Positions 1 through 10,313 of a stretch of 64,000 nt of DNA are shown one piece after another. The position numbers were made by a program, and so were the translations under genes. Under the pieces are notes generated by a model. That model had not been told where the DNA came from. It did no database searches and saw only the letters and a program-made list of their open reading frames with translations. This stretch comes from an uncultured Candidatus Saccharibacteria bacterium (GTDB lineage: Bacteria; Patescibacteriota; Minisyncoccia; 2-02-FULL-40-12; GWA2-44-9). Location: assembly GCA_964479835.1 (NCBI GenBank), contig CAYZRE010000002.1, forward strand, positions 24,987 to 88,986. The letters are read 5' to 3'. Within the stretch, counting starts at the first letter, position 1. Every line of letters starts with the position of its first letter.

Positions 1-86
1 AGCGGTGTCCCTCGCCGCACAGCTCTGCGTGCGCATCTTCCATACCATTCACGCGCGGTAGCCTCATAGGGGCCCTTCGGGGTCCC

Positions 87-1427
87 TTATTTCTTTTTTA
101 GCAATGGCCCGTAGGGTGTGTCGTCGACGGAGTAGCCGAGTTCTGTGATTTGGTCACGAAGAGCGTCTGATGCGGTCCAGTCTTTCCGGTCGCGTGCCTC
201 TGTGCGTTGCGCGACAATATTCTGAACATCGTCGGGAACTGCCTCGGGCTCGTGCGGGATGATGCCGAATGTCTCGGAGATGAACTCAAAGAATGAAGGG
301 GGAGGCACTGCGCCTTTCGCGTTTGCTTCTCGAATGAGATCAAACACGGCCGCGAATGCTTTGGGTGTGTTGAAGTCGTCATCCATCGCATCGGCGACAG
401 TGGAAACAGCCGGCGTTTCATCGATGAGTATATCAGAGCGCTTCAACATCAGCTCGCCGATACGATTCACGGCGGCCTGTGCAGTATCGAGTGCTGTTGG
501 AGAGAAATCCAATGGAGCGCGATAGTGATTCGATAGGAAATAGAACCGAAGCACGGCCGGTTCGTACTGCTGTAGTGCTTCATGCAAGGTTAGAAAGTTG
601 CCCAGCGATTTGGACATCTTTTCGGATTTATTTTCCAAGAAACCCACATGCATCCAGTATTTCACGAACGGAACCTTACCCGAGGCCGCCTCCTGCTGGG
701 CAATCTCCGCTTCGTGGTGTGGGAACTTGAGGTCCGTGCCGCCGCCGTGTAGGTCGTACTGCGGGCCGAAGGTGTGCTCGGTAATCGCGGTGTCTTCGAT
801 ATGCCAGCCAGGGCGTCCGGCGCCTAATTCGGAGTCTTCCCAGATGGGTTCGTTTGGCTTTGACAGCTTCCAGATGCAAAAATCGCCCGTGTTACGCTTT
901 TTCTCGTTGTCATCTATGCGAGACACCGCATCATCAGCCAGTAGGCCTGTCCTGCCGGACAATTTGCCGTAATCGGGAAAGGTTGTCAGATCAAAATACC
1001 AGCCATCGCCTTCGATGAGGTAGGCGTTGCCGTTTTTTATGAGCGTTTTTACTTGGGCGATAACCTGGGGGATATAATCGGACGCGCGAGCGTACTGTGA
1101 GACGGCGTCGTTACCGAGTGCCAACATGTCGGCTCGGAATGCGTCATCAAATTGTCGGGCATATTCAAGTGGATTCTCGCTCCGCTCGTTGGCGCGGGCG
1201 ATAATGCGGTCATCGATATCGGTGATGTTCTGAATATAATTCACTTCCAATCCTCGATAGCGCAGCCATTTGGCGACCACATCGAAAATAGTAAATGTGC
1301 GCGCGTTGCCGATGTGAACGCGGTCGTAGACAGTGGGTCCGCAGACGAACATCTCAATATGGTCCGGCGTGCGCGGCACCAGCTCTTCAACCTTTCGGGT
1401 CAGCGAGTTGTAGAGCCGAATGGTCAT
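87..1427 (-). CDS. cysS: cysteinyl-tRNA synthetase
   Basis: 446-aa translation with class I aaRS motifs (HIGNARTF, KMSKS) and overall CysRS-like architecture. Confidence 0.9.
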   Translation of the reverse strand: MTIRLYNSLTRKVEELVPRTPDHIEMFVCGPTVYDRVHIGNARTFTIFDVVAKWLRYRGLEVNYIQNITDIDDRIIARANERSENPLEYARQFDDAFRADMLALGNDAVSQYARASDYIPQVIAQVKTLIKNGNAYLIEGDGWYFDLTTFPDYGKLSGRTGLLADDAVSRIDDNEKKRNTGDFCIWKLSKPNEPIWEDSELGAGRPGWHIEDTAITEHTFGPQYDLHGGGTDLKFPHHEAEIAQQEAASGKVPFVKYWMHVGFLENKSEKMSKSLGNFLTLHEALQQYEPAVLRFYFLSNHYRAPLDFSPTALDTAQAAVNRIGELMLKRSDILIDETPAVSTVADAMDDDFNTPKAFAAVFDLIREANAKGAVPPPSFFEFISETFGIIPHEPEAVPDDVQNIVAQRTEARDRKDWTASDALRDQITELGYSVDDTPYGPLLKKK

Positions 1428-1430
1428 TGG

Positions 1431-2696
1431 CTACGAAAATAACACAAACAGCGTCCCGGTCAAAAGGAAGAAGAGTGCTCCGATGCCAAGCGTATGCACG
1501 GGCAGCGAGGAGCGGTGCGGTCCGACGATGTCCGGATTCTTCGCCATGTGAACGACCAAACCGATGAGTAGCGGCGAACTGATGCCCATGGCGATGGCTG
1601 ACCAGAACAAAGCCTGCACCGGTGTGATCCCCAGGAAGGGGACAATCATACCGACGACGACCGCGCCCACCATAACCAGATAGAACGGGCGCACACGGTT
1701 GAACGGTTTATCGATGCTGGCCTGCCACCCCATCATTTCAGATAACGCGTATGCGGCTGAACCTGCAAGAACCGGAATAGCAAGGAGCCCCGCGCTGATG
1801 ATACCCAAGGTAAACAGAAGAAAGGCGTACTTACCGGCGAATGGCTCTAGGGCGACTGCGGCATCGCGTAATGAAGCGATCTCGGTTGTGCCTCCGGTAT
1901 TCCAGATAACTGAGGCCATGAGCGAAATAATGAAGAACGATATGAGATTTGACGCAATCATGCCAAATTTAGTGTCCAAACCGATAGCGGCCAGCATGCC
2001 GTGGTGAACCGGCCTGAACTTACAGATGCGGATATGGGGACGGTCGAGTTTAAGCTCTTCGGCTTCTTGGGACGCCTGCCAAAAATAGAGATACGGCGAC
2101 AGTGTGGTGCCCAATACCGCGAATGCTGTCAGAAGGAAATCGCGCGATGGTATGACCGTCGGTACCAGCGTACGCCATGCGATAGTGAACCAGTCGGGCC
2201 GGACCAGCACCAAGGCGATGCCATACACAAACAATGACAGCGCGAACCACTTGAAGAACATTTCTATCTGCCGGTAGCGGAGCACAATAACCATGACCAT
2301 GATTATGACCGACATGGCGATTGCCGCAGCCTCGATCGGCACCGAGGGTAGTAACAGATTCACCGCTCCGGCCATGCCGTACATGTCTGCGCCGATGTTG
2401 AGCGTGTTCGCAATCACAATCGAGCCGACCGCAAGCGCCAGCACCCACCCGGGGTAGTGCTTACGGATGTTGCCCGCGAGTCCGCATCCCGACAACGCGC
2501 CGATGCGCGCACACATATTCTGGATGGCAATCATGAACGGCAAAATCCACAGCAGTAACCAGGACAACGCAAAACCAAACCGCGCGCCTGCAATGGCATA
2601 CGTTGCGATAGCCGACGGGTCGTTGTCAGCCGCGCCCGTGACCAGCCCGGGTCCAAGATTTTTCCAGTACTGCGCCAACTTGTCTCTCAGAGTCAT
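1431..2696 (-). CDS. NRAMP-family divalent metal transporter (MntH-like)
   Basis: polytopic membrane protein with NRAMP signature (GPGLVTGAADNDPSAIATY). The ORF runs to 2759, but that extension is simply the reverse complement of the CIRCE operator, so the ATG at 2696 (MTLRDK) is preferred. Confidence 0.75.
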   Translation of the reverse strand: MTLRDKLAQYWKNLGPGLVTGAADNDPSAIATYAIAGARFGFALSWLLLWILPFMIAIQNMCARIGALSGCGLAGNIRKHYPGWVLALAVGSIVIANTLNIGADMYGMAGAVNLLLPSVPIEAAAIAMSVIIMVMVIVLRYRQIEMFFKWFALSLFVYGIALVLVRPDWFTIAWRTLVPTVIPSRDFLLTAFAVLGTTLSPYLYFWQASQEAEELKLDRPHIRICKFRPVHHGMLAAIGLDTKFGMIASNLISFFIISLMASVIWNTGGTTEIASLRDAAVALEPFAGKYAFLLFTLGIISAGLLAIPVLAGSAAYALSEMMGWQASIDKPFNRVRPFYLVMVGAVVVGMIVPFLGITPVQALFWSAIAMGISSPLLIGLVVHMAKNPDIVGPHRSSLPVHTLGIGALFFLLTGTLFVLFS

Positions 2697-2732
2697 AGTT
2701 GTTTTCAGTATACCATACCCCCGTGTGGATAA

Positions 2733-2759
2733 TTGGCACTCTTGACGCGCGAGTGCCAA
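2733..2759. promoter_or_regulatory. CIRCE-like HrcA operator (TTGGCACTC-N9-GAGTGCCAA)
   Basis: perfect 9-bp inverted repeat with a 9-nt spacer immediately upstream of the hrcA ATG. It resembles the CIRCE consensus TTAGCACTC-N9-GAGTGCTAA, and a candidate promoter TTGACG-N17-TAGACT (about 2742-2770) overlaps it. Confidence 0.75.
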
Positions 2760-2776
2760 TTTTGTAGACTGGCAGA

Positions 2777-3541
2777 ATGGTAGTCAGACTGCTAACCCCG
2801 CGACAGCATCAGCTGCTCTGGCGGGTCATAGACCAGCATATCGAAACGGGCGAACCCGTCTCCAGTAAGGCCATAGAATCCAGCGGCCAGTTTGATGTAC
2901 GCTCGGCAACGATTCGCAACGAGATGTCTGATTTGGAAGACATGGGGTTTCTGGAACAACTGCACACCTCCGGGGGCCGCGTGCCGACCGCCTTGGCATA
3001 CCGGCTCTATGTGAACGATTTAGTAGCCGCCGAGGGAATCACCATTGGGCAGGCTTTACGGCACCGCGTCGATGGAGCGCTCAACGATACGGACATGAGC
3101 GATGCCGAAGCGCTCAATCGCACGCTGGCACGATTGGTGGGCGAGTTGTCCAGCAACCTGGTTATTGCGAACACCTCCGAACGTCAGGACGCCTACAAAT
3201 TCGGTCTTTCGAACCTGATGGCGATTGCGGAATTTCGTGAGATGGACCGCCTTATGGGGCTGACCGATTTTTTTGATCATTTTGAGTCTATGTTCGAGCG
3301 GATGCATCAGCAAATGTGGCGGCAGGAGGAAGGGGATGTAAAAGTAATGATAGGAACCGAGAATCCACTGCGACAGATACAGGATGAAGCGGTCATCGTC
3401 GCACGGTACCGCCTCCCCCGAGGTCACGAGGGAACGCTCACCCTGGTAGGACCGATGCGCATGGATTATCGCAAGAATCTGGGACTGATGACCTACGCAG
3501 CACAGATAGCAAACCGTATTACCGATAGCACCCGAAACTAA
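2777..3541 (+). CDS. hrcA: heat-inducible transcription repressor HrcA
   Basis: N-terminal winged-helix region and HrcA-like length; sits first in an hrcA-grpE-dnaK operon directly downstream of CIRCE. Confidence 0.85.
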   Translation: MVVRLLTPRQHQLLWRVIDQHIETGEPVSSKAIESSGQFDVRSATIRNEMSDLEDMGFLEQLHTSGGRVPTALAYRLYVNDLVAAEGITIGQALRHRVDGALNDTDMSDAEALNRTLARLVGELSSNLVIANTSERQDAYKFGLSNLMAIAEFREMDRLMGLTDFFDHFESMFERMHQQMWRQEEGDVKVMIGTENPLRQIQDEAVIVARYRLPRGHEGTLTLVGPMRMDYRKNLGLMTYAAQIANRITDSTRN

Positions 3542-3542
3542 T

Positions 3543-3992
3543 ATGACACACGCACCAAAAAACCAAGAACCGGAAGTATCGATGATTGAGAAAGAGAAGT
3601 ATCTGCGACTTGCCGCCGATATGGACAATCTCCGAAAGACCCAAGCCCACGCCGCGGCCGAAATGGCAAAGTGGGCGACGCAGGCGGTTGTCACCGATAT
3701 GTTGGAGCTCTCTGATCTCCTGGATACCGCACTGGCACATGCACCGCCGACAGCGACAGACGGTGCCTGGTATGAGGGGTTACGACAGGTGGCGAAGCAG
3801 TTCCTGGAAAAGCTAAAACGATACGGGGTCTCGAGGATTGAGACAACAGGGAGGACATTTGATCCTTCAACGATGGAGGCGGTACAGATGGTGACGGGTG
3901 GTGAGAGTCATCAGGTGAAAGAAGAAGTGCGGGCAGGATATATAATGCACGAGAGAATCATTCGGCCGGCGAGGGTCATTATCTACGAATAA
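3543..3992 (+). CDS. grpE: nucleotide exchange factor GrpE (short form)
   Basis: 149 aa with a GrpE-like C-terminal region; position between hrcA and dnaK. Confidence 0.8.
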   Translation: MTHAPKNQEPEVSMIEKEKYLRLAADMDNLRKTQAHAAAEMAKWATQAVVTDMLELSDLLDTALAHAPPTATDGAWYEGLRQVAKQFLEKLKRYGVSRIETTGRTFDPSTMEAVQMVTGGESHQVKEEVRAGYIMHERIIRPARVIIYE

Positions 3993-4009
3993 TTAACTAA
4001 CAAAATAAC

Positions 4010-5893
4010 ATGACAAAAATACTGGGAATTGATTTGGGAACAACGAACTCGGCAATGGCGATTGTCGAAGATGGTCAGCCGCGTATTTTGGAGAACGCAG
4101 AAGGGGTTCGCACAACGCCGTCGATTGTGGCAGTCGGTAAGAATGGCGAGCGCTACACCGGGGTGACGGCGAAGCGACAGGCGGTCACGAATCCGAAGAA
4201 CACGCTGTATTCTGTGAAACGGCTTATCGGTCGTCGTTGGGGCGACGCTGAAGTACAACGCGATTTGAAACTGTTGCCGTATGAAATCCGCAAAGGTGCG
4301 GGGGACTCGGTAGAGGTGAAGATGGGCGACAAGTGGTACAAACCGGCAGAAATGTCGGCGATGGTGTTGGGCAAACTCAAATCTGATGCCGAAGCAAAGC
4401 TCGGTACGAAAATCACTGAGGCCATCATTACGGTCCCGGCATATTTTGACGACTCACAGCGTCAGGCAACAAAAGACGCCGGCGAAATCGCGGGACTGAC
4501 CGTGAAGCGCGTTATCAACGAGCCGACCGCGGCGGCGTTGGCATACGGTTTCAACAAGAAGAAAGACGAAAAAATTGTGGTGTACGATTTCGGCGGCGGG
4601 ACCTTCGATATTTCGGTATTGGAAGTCAGCGCCGATACCATCGAGGTCAAGGCGACCGGCGGAGACACGCACCTGGGAGGCGACGATATCGACCAGCGCA
4701 TCATCCAACACTTTGTCGAGGAGTTCAAAAAGGACCAGGGTGTTGATGTATCGCATGACCAGCTGGCCCTCCAGCGTCTTAAAGATGCCGCAGAAAAAGC
4801 AAAGCACGAACTGTCCAGTACTGCGCAGACGGAAATCAATATCCCGTTTTTGACCGCAGACGCATCGGGTCCCAAGCATTTCAGTCTCACCCTGACCCGT
4901 TCAAAACTTGAAGCCCTCACCCAGGACCTCATCGACCGTTCAATTGATCTCACGAAGAAGGCCGTTGCCGATGCCGGACTGAAGATGGGCGATATTCACG
5001 AGGTGTTGATGGTCGGCGGTCAGACCCGCATGCCGGCAATCGTGGATGCAGTGAAGACATTGTTCGGCAAAGAGCCGCACCGTGACATCAATCCTGACGA
5101 GGTAGTGGCGCTTGGCGCGGCCATCCAGGGTGCCGTGATGTCCGGTGATGTCCGCGATGTCCTTCTCCTGGATGTAACGCCATTGACCCTTGGCATTGAG
5201 ACACTCGGTAGTGTTATGACGCAGATGATTGAGAAGAACACTACGGTGCCGACCAGCAAGAGCCAGACCTTCAGTACCGCGGCCGACAATCAGCCGTCCG
5301 TGCAGATTCGCGTAGCCCAAGGTGAACGGCCGATGTTCAACGACAATAAGTATCTCGGCGAGTTCAATCTCGACGGTATCCCACCGGCACCGCGCGGCGT
5401 GCCGCAAGTTGAAGTAACCTTCGATATCGATGCTAACGGCATCCTCCATGTGAAAGCAAAAGATAAGGGAACCGGTAAAGAGCACTCTATCCGTATCGAG
5501 GGCTCCGGAGGTTTGAGCAAGGAGGAGAAGGAACGCATGGTCAAAGATGCTCAGGAACACTCCGCAGAGGACGCTACAAAAAAAGAAGAGGTGGACGCTA
5601 AGAACGCGGCCGAGACGCTCATGTGGACAACCGAGAAGATGTTGCATGACAACAAGGACAAGATTAAAGAGGAAGATAAAAAGGATATAGAGGGAAAAAT
5701 CATGGAGTTAAAGAACGCACTCAAAGACGGAGAGATGGAAAAAATCCGCACAACAGGGGATGCGCTGGGGGAGGCGGCACAGAAGGTCGGCGCCGCGATG
5801 TACGCGCAGGAAGAAAAGAAAACCGGCGAACCCGAGACTCAAACTGCCCAAGAAGCAAAGCCGGAGGAAAAAGCAGAGGAAAAGAAGGAATAA
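4010..5893 (+). CDS. dnaK: chaperone DnaK (Hsp70)
   Basis: Hsp70 signatures [31 protein letters not shown]; 627 aa. Confidence 0.95.
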   Translation: MTKILGIDLGTTNSAMAIVEDGQPRILENAEGVRTTPSIVAVGKNGERYTGVTAKRQAVTNPKNTLYSVKRLIGRRWGDAEVQRDLKLLPYEIRKGAGDSVEVKMGDKWYKPAEMSAMVLGKLKSDAEAKLGTKITEAIITVPAYFDDSQRQATKDAGEIAGLTVKRVINEPTAAALAYGFNKKKDEKIVVYDFGGGTFDISVLEVSADTIEVKATGGDTHLGGDDIDQRIIQHFVEEFKKDQGVDVSHDQLALQRLKDAAEKAKHELSSTAQTEINIPFLTADASGPKHFSLTLTRSKLEALTQDLIDRSIDLTKKAVADAGLKMGDIHEVLMVGGQTRMPAIVDAVKTLFGKEPHRDINPDEVVALGAAIQGAVMSGDVRDVLLLDVTPLTLGIETLGSVMTQMIEKNTTVPTSKSQTFSTAADNQPSVQIRVAQGERPMFNDNKYLGEFNLDGIPPAPRGVPQVEVTFDIDANGILHVKAKDKGTGKEHSIRIEGSGGLSKEEKERMVKDAQEHSAEDATKKEEVDAKNAAETLMWTTEKMLHDNKDKIKEEDKKDIEGKIMELKNALKDGEMEKIRTTGDALGEAAQKVGAAMYAQEEKKTGEPETQTAQEAKPEEKAEEKKE

Positions 5894-5908
5894 TGATACA
5901 ATAAACAG

Positions 5909-6709
5909 ATGGGGTCGGCATCGTACAAGCGTATCGTACTCATTGTCGCTATTGTGATTTGCGCTGCGCTGACATGGGCAACCGCAAAGCCATGGCTAGA
6001 AAGTCCGCTACGGTTCTCCGGCTGGCTACGGCCGTTCTGGCCGGCCCTCTCGGTCACGGTGCTTGCCGCAGTAGCAGGAGTGTCATTCTGTCTGCTTCAG
6101 AGTAGATGGGACCGTCTGGCGGCTATTTTAGCCTCTTGGGCAGCATTTATCGTATTTTGGCAACCTGATATTTGGTATCTATCAGCATTACCGCTGTTCG
6201 TGCTGTTGTGGTATGAATCGTCACGACGGATACAGGACGACATGCACGACCGACGTACCGTACGCATTAATGCAGCGCTGGGTCGTGGGGTGAAACTCAT
6301 CCTCCTGGGAGCATTTCTGATGGTATCGGTTGGGTTCTATCTCCTGCCGGAAAATCGTTCGGCCGACATCAGCACGCTGAGCCGCGGTGTTCAGGGGAGT
6401 CTCGACGACGCCTATGACAGCAAACTGGTGCGTGGCCAGCTCGATGAGCTACCGGTATCTCTGCAGGCCCAGTTCAGGAATGACATCGCGCAGTCTGTGG
6501 ACGAGTTCTTCCATAACAATCTCGGGCGCTGGAGCGGGTATGTGCCGCCTTTTTTGGCATTCGCGCTCTTCCTGGTGCTATGGTCGGTGTCCTTTATCCT
6601 TCGGGAGGTTGCTATCTGGCTCGGCGTCCTGTTGTTCAAGTTCTTGCGAGTGGTGAAGTTTATCAGAATCGAGGAAAAAGAAGTGAAGGCGGAAGTAATA
6701 ACGCTCTAG
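5909..6709 (+). CDS. hypothetical polytopic membrane protein inserted between dnaK and dnaJ
   Basis: 266-aa ORF with multiple hydrophobic helices and no recognisable family; co-directional with and tightly spaced within the chaperone operon. Confidence 0.5.
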   Translation: MGSASYKRIVLIVAIVICAALTWATAKPWLESPLRFSGWLRPFWPALSVTVLAAVAGVSFCLLQSRWDRLAAILASWAAFIVFWQPDIWYLSALPLFVLLWYESSRRIQDDMHDRRTVRINAALGRGVKLILLGAFLMVSVGFYLLPENRSADISTLSRGVQGSLDDAYDSKLVRGQLDELPVSLQAQFRNDIAQSVDEFFHNNLGRWSGYVPPFLAFALFLVLWSVSFILREVAIWLGVLLFKFLRVVKFIRIEEKEVKAEVITL

Positions 6710-6722
6710 AAGAGTACTCGTA

Positions 6723-7493
6723 ATGCCCGCAGACCCCTATACAACCCTTGGAGTAAGCAAAAGCGCCTCGCACGACGAGATAAAGAAGGCGTACCGCAAG
6801 CTCGCGCACCAACACCACCCCGATAAAAAGGGTGGCGATGAGGCACGGTTCAAGGATGTGAACGAGGCGTATCAAATTCTGGGCGATACAGAAAAAAAGG
6901 CGCGGTATGACCAGTTCGGACATGCCGGCTCGCAAGGTGGATTTGGCGGTGCACAGGGCGGGTATCAGGATTTTAATTTTGATTTCGGCGGGCAGGGCGG
7001 GGGATTCGAAAATATTTTTGATATGTTTACGGGGGGCGGATTCGGTGCGGCTCGTCAAAGGCCCGAAAAAGGTGAGGATTTGCATTTGAGTATTCAGGTC
7101 AGCGCAAAAGACTTAGGGAAACAGAAGGTGTACGAATTCGAAGCTTTTGTTGCCTGCGATGACTGCTCCGGTACCGGAGCAAAAGATGCTAAGCTTCGGG
7201 TGTGTACGGACTGCAAGGGCCAGGGTCGTGTCCAGCAGGCAGTTCGCACGCCGCTGGGCACATTCGCCCAAGTTGTCGCGTGCCGCACCTGCGGTGGCGA
7301 TGGAGAGGTTGCCGAGCACACCTGCGCGCATTGCCATGGCGTCGGTCGCAATAAGGCAAAGCGAAAACTGGAACTACACATCCCTGCGCACATCAATGAC
7401 CAGTATCTGATTGCATTTCCGATTGCGGGCAATGCCGGCCTCGGTGGAGTGCCGGCGGGCGACTTGCTGGTGACTATCCGAGTAGGGAAGTAG
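6723..7493 (+). CDS. dnaJ: co-chaperone DnaJ, truncated form
   Basis: J domain with HPD, a Gly/Phe-rich linker, four CxxCxG zinc-finger repeats and CTD I. The protein ends after CTD I at 256 aa, lacking CTD II and the dimerisation region. Confidence 0.8.
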   Translation: MPADPYTTLGVSKSASHDEIKKAYRKLAHQHHPDKKGGDEARFKDVNEAYQILGDTEKKARYDQFGHAGSQGGFGGAQGGYQDFNFDFGGQGGGFENIFDMFTGGGFGAARQRPEKGEDLHLSIQVSAKDLGKQKVYEFEAFVACDDCSGTGAKDAKLRVCTDCKGQGRVQQAVRTPLGTFAQVVACRTCGGDGEVAEHTCAHCHGVGRNKAKRKLELHIPAHINDQYLIAFPIAGNAGLGGVPAGDLLVTIRVGK

Positions 7494-7518
7494 TCCGTTG
7501 ACATCGTAAGGAGGAGCC

Positions 7519-8199
7519 ATGACAGTAATGGTGTCGTACCAAGAATGGACGACGCGATACATGGATGAACTGCACCAAGCAGGTGCGACGAGAGAAGATG
7601 CAGCGGTCGCCGTGTTGCTCGGGTGGGACATCCTGCGGACACATCAGGCGTGCTACGGTGTCGAGAGTACGACGCCGGTGCATTTCTCAGCTATCCCCTC
7701 AACCATCACAACAAACCACATTGCACACGTCGCAGCCTGCTGCAGTGGTCCACGGTTCGGCGGCGACGAATTCTATGTCGTGTATGTACCGGGTCAGGCA
7801 AAGTATGTCGCCGATTGGCAGCATTTCACCAGCGGTCGGGTTTCCGCAGGCATATTTTTGGAAGGTATCGCGGTCCACGAAGTCCGCCACCGCGTACAGA
7901 ATCGAGAAACTGCAACACTACGCATGTTCGAGCGTGATAAACTAGCCGGCCAATGGCCCGACGAACACACTGCGGTTGTCGCAATGAACATGCACGAACA
8001 GTTCTTCGAAGATGAGCGACATGACCGGGCCGCCGGGATGTCTCCGGAGGATCTCGCCTGGCTCTACTCGGAGGAAGAATACGACGCAGCTGTTGTGGAG
8101 CGACTGTTCATCCACCGGCACGACACAGTCGTCACTGACGACCAGTTGGCCTCTTTCGTCAGAATGAATTGCCCGCGTATGCCGTCTCGCCGCTCGTAA
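7519..8199 (+). CDS. hypothetical protein with HExxH motif (putative zincin-like metallopeptidase fold)
   Basis: strong RBS AAGGAGGAG 6 nt upstream of the ATG; contains AVHEVRHR (HExxH); no further family assignment possible. Confidence 0.5.
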   Translation: MTVMVSYQEWTTRYMDELHQAGATREDAAVAVLLGWDILRTHQACYGVESTTPVHFSAIPSTITTNHIAHVAACCSGPRFGGDEFYVVYVPGQAKYVADWQHFTSGRVSAGIFLEGIAVHEVRHRVQNRETATLRMFERDKLAGQWPDEHTAVVAMNMHEQFFEDERHDRAAGMSPEDLAWLYSEEEYDAAVVERLFIHRHDTVVTDDQLASFVRMNCPRMPSRRS

Positions 8200-8243
8200 T
8201 CGGGCGGCGTTTTCTTTATGACTCGGTGGCGTATACTAAGGGT

Positions 8244-8786
8244 ATGGATTCGATTCTGGCACGCATACCGTCATGGCCCGGCACGGCAGTCTTGTCCGAG
8301 GCCCTACGGGACCCTAAAGGGCTCTTCGCGATGCTTGCGGTCGTTATGTTGGTGCTGTATGGGTTGTCAGTGGGGCGAACCAGAGCGCTAGTGTCGCTCT
8401 TGAGTATTTATGTCGCGTACATGCTTGCCGTGCTGTTCCCGTATTTGCCCTGGATAGCGGAGAAGCTACCGGAACAGTATCGGTCGCTGGGCGCCGTGGG
8501 ATTGTTTATTGTTTTATACGCCCTCACATTCATTATCCTGTCGCAATCGATGCTCAGAGGTCGCCTGACCCTGGGCGAAATATCGCTCTGGCAAGTTTTA
8601 GTTATTTCGGTTGTGCAAATAGGACTCCTGGCGAGCATATGTCTGTCACTGATTTCCGTGGAGAGAGGCGAGCAGCTTATCGGGCCGATGTACCCTTGGC
8701 TCGGAGGTTCTCGCACGCTATGGGCGTGGGCGGTTGCCTCGCTTCTCATTATGCCGTTTATGCGGTCCCGTAGCCGACGGGACTGA
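8244..8786 (+). CDS. hypothetical membrane protein
   Basis: about five hydrophobic helices. The ORF track starts at 8169, overlapping the upstream gene; the ATG at 8244 (MDSIL) with an AAGGGT RBS is preferred. Confidence 0.4.
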   Translation: MDSILARIPSWPGTAVLSEALRDPKGLFAMLAVVMLVLYGLSVGRTRALVSLLSIYVAYMLAVLFPYLPWIAEKLPEQYRSLGAVGLFIVLYALTFIILSQSMLRGRLTLGEISLWQVLVISVVQIGLLASICLSLISVERGEQLIGPMYPWLGGSRTLWAWAVASLLIMPFMRSRSRRD

Positions 8787-8929
8787 GCTCCGTTCCCTAC
8801 CGCCCCGATATCCCGACTCGGTATCGCTGTCTCCGTCTTCTGACGGAGCATCTCGTTCTCGCGCCGTCGCGCTCCGAAGCCCCTCGCTGGAATACCGGGG
8901 CGGTCTGTCGCTTGCAAGCAAGATTAATT

Positions 8930-8954
8930 AAACGGCTCATCAAATGAGCCGTTT
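8930..8954. repeat. REP-like palindrome copy 1 (AAACGGCTCA-tcaaa-TGAGCCGTTT)
   Basis: perfect 10-bp inverted repeat; one of at least six copies of the same palindrome in the window. Confidence 0.6.
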
Positions 8955-9130
8955 ATCCCGTCTGCGCGAACGCCTGCGCTTGACCGAGTTCAAGGCGCAA
9001 GCGAGGACCGAACCGAGCCGTACTTATGATACGGCGAGGGAGGACCACAGTGAGCAACGAAGAAATCGGGTAAGCCCGCAGGGTGGGAACGCCACTCATT
9101 CCATGGTGGCGCCCACGCAGGCGTTCGCTG

Positions 9131-9697
9131 CTATTTCGCGCGCTCTACATACTGACCGGTCTCAGTATTCACGACAATGCTATCGCCTTCGTTGACGAAC
9201 AGCGGGACATTAATGGATGCGCCGCAATCAAGTTTCACCTGCTTACTGCCGCCGGTCGCGGTGTCACCGCGGATGCCGGGGGGAGCTTCGACGACTTCGT
9301 AGGTCATTTTGATGGGCAGAGTGATGGTGATGACCTTGTCGTTCCATGACAGTGCCTCGAGCACGGTGTTGGGTTTGAGAAACTTAGCCTGGTCCCCGAT
9401 GAGTTCTTCGGTGAGGAGAAATCGTTTCGAGGGGTCTTTCGGGTCGGCGAACCAGAACTCATCGCGATGGTTGTAGAGAAATTTCACTTCACGGCGGGCA
9501 ACATCCGCTTCTTCGAACACATCGGACTGTGCGAGATTGCGCTCAAGAACTTTGCCGTTGAGCAGATTGCGCATTCGAGTTTGCACAACCGGGCGCCGTT
9601 GCTGCATTTTCAAATGGTGTGTTTCCAAGACCATGAACGGCTGGTCTTCGTAGATGAAATAGGTTTTCGGGTGTAAATCGTTGACTCCGAGAGACAT
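9131..9697 (-). CDS. efp: elongation factor P
   Basis: 188 aa, EF-P three-domain pattern (KMQQRRPVVQTRMRNL, C-terminal OB folds). Confidence 0.9.
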   Translation of the reverse strand: MSLGVNDLHPKTYFIYEDQPFMVLETHHLKMQQRRPVVQTRMRNLLNGKVLERNLAQSDVFEEADVARREVKFLYNHRDEFWFADPKDPSKRFLLTEELIGDQAKFLKPNTVLEALSWNDKVITITLPIKMTYEVVEAPPGIRGDTATGGSKQVKLDCGASINVPLFVNEGDSIVVNTETGQYVERAK

Positions 9698-9723
9698 ATA
9701 AGAGCGGTTAAAATTGCCGATGT

Positions 9724-9751
9724 ATTGTAGCAGAATATGGGGATATGTAAA
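9724..9751 (-). promoter_or_regulatory. putative sigma70-type promoter of efp (TTTACA-N16-TACAAT)
   Basis: read on the minus strand, with the -10 about 27 nt upstream of the efp ATG. Confidence 0.45.
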
Positions 9752-9788
9752 GAAAAAAAGAAAACCGCCCGGCTAGAGGCGGGGCGGT
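9752..9788 (-). terminator. putative intrinsic terminator
   Basis: stem ACCGCCC/GGGCGGT followed by a T-rich tract on the minus strand, downstream of the 9773-10261 gene. Confidence 0.45.
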
Positions 9789-10261
9789 GTGGCAGGGGCA
9801 TGTCTGCCGATGAATGCGGGTCTGTAGATGAGAACTTTGATGCCCAGTATGTCGGCGTGCCTCTGAATCGCCGCGTGGCGTTTGCAGTTCTCACCATCGT
9901 CAGGGATATATACCTGATCAATGAAATTGCAAGACGCGAGCGTTTGCCAGAGCGCATCCGAGCTATCAGTGAGAGGCTCCAAAAACGGCGAGAACAGTGC
10001 GATGTCGCGAATGGTTTCGGGTTCGATGACGCTGACGCCCTCAACAGCGAGAACTGCAGTAAGCATGTCATACGCGACTTCCCAGACGAGACTTCGTTGC
10101 GCTTCGGGCATATGGGCCGGTTCCGAAATATATGCCCGTGGCCGCGGCAGGCGCGCGATGATCTCCATCAATACCTTTGACGCACGCTGCCTCGGTCGAG
10201 GCCCGTCGTCGGATATCACTCCCAGGCGGGTGAGGTCGGCCAGCTCGACCGCTTCAATCAT
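9773..10261 (-). CDS. hypothetical acidic protein
   Basis: RBS AGAGGTG 7 nt upstream of the ATG; lies between fmt and efp on the same strand; no family recognised. Confidence 0.4.
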   Translation of the reverse strand: MIEAVELADLTRLGVISDDGPRPRQRASKVLMEIIARLPRPRAYISEPAHMPEAQRSLVWEVAYDMLTAVLAVEGVSVIEPETIRDIALFSPFLEPLTDSSDALWQTLASCNFIDQVYIPDDGENCKRHAAIQRHADILGIKVLIYRPAFIGRHAPATPPRL

Positions 10262-10313
10262 AACTGCACCTCTATGAAGTACTGGCGGTAGTATGCGTCA
10301 CAGTCGCGATTAG

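Noticed and set aside
2697-2759. N-terminal 21 aa of the NRAMP ORF (MALARQECQLSTRGYGILKTT)
   Set aside because: This stretch is the reverse complement of the CIRCE inverted repeat and promoter, so the internal ATG at 2696 was used
9737-10180. Plus-strand ORF 9737-10180
   Set aside because: The overlapping minus-strand ORF 9773-10261 has a proper RBS and terminator and fits the fmt-efp operon direction
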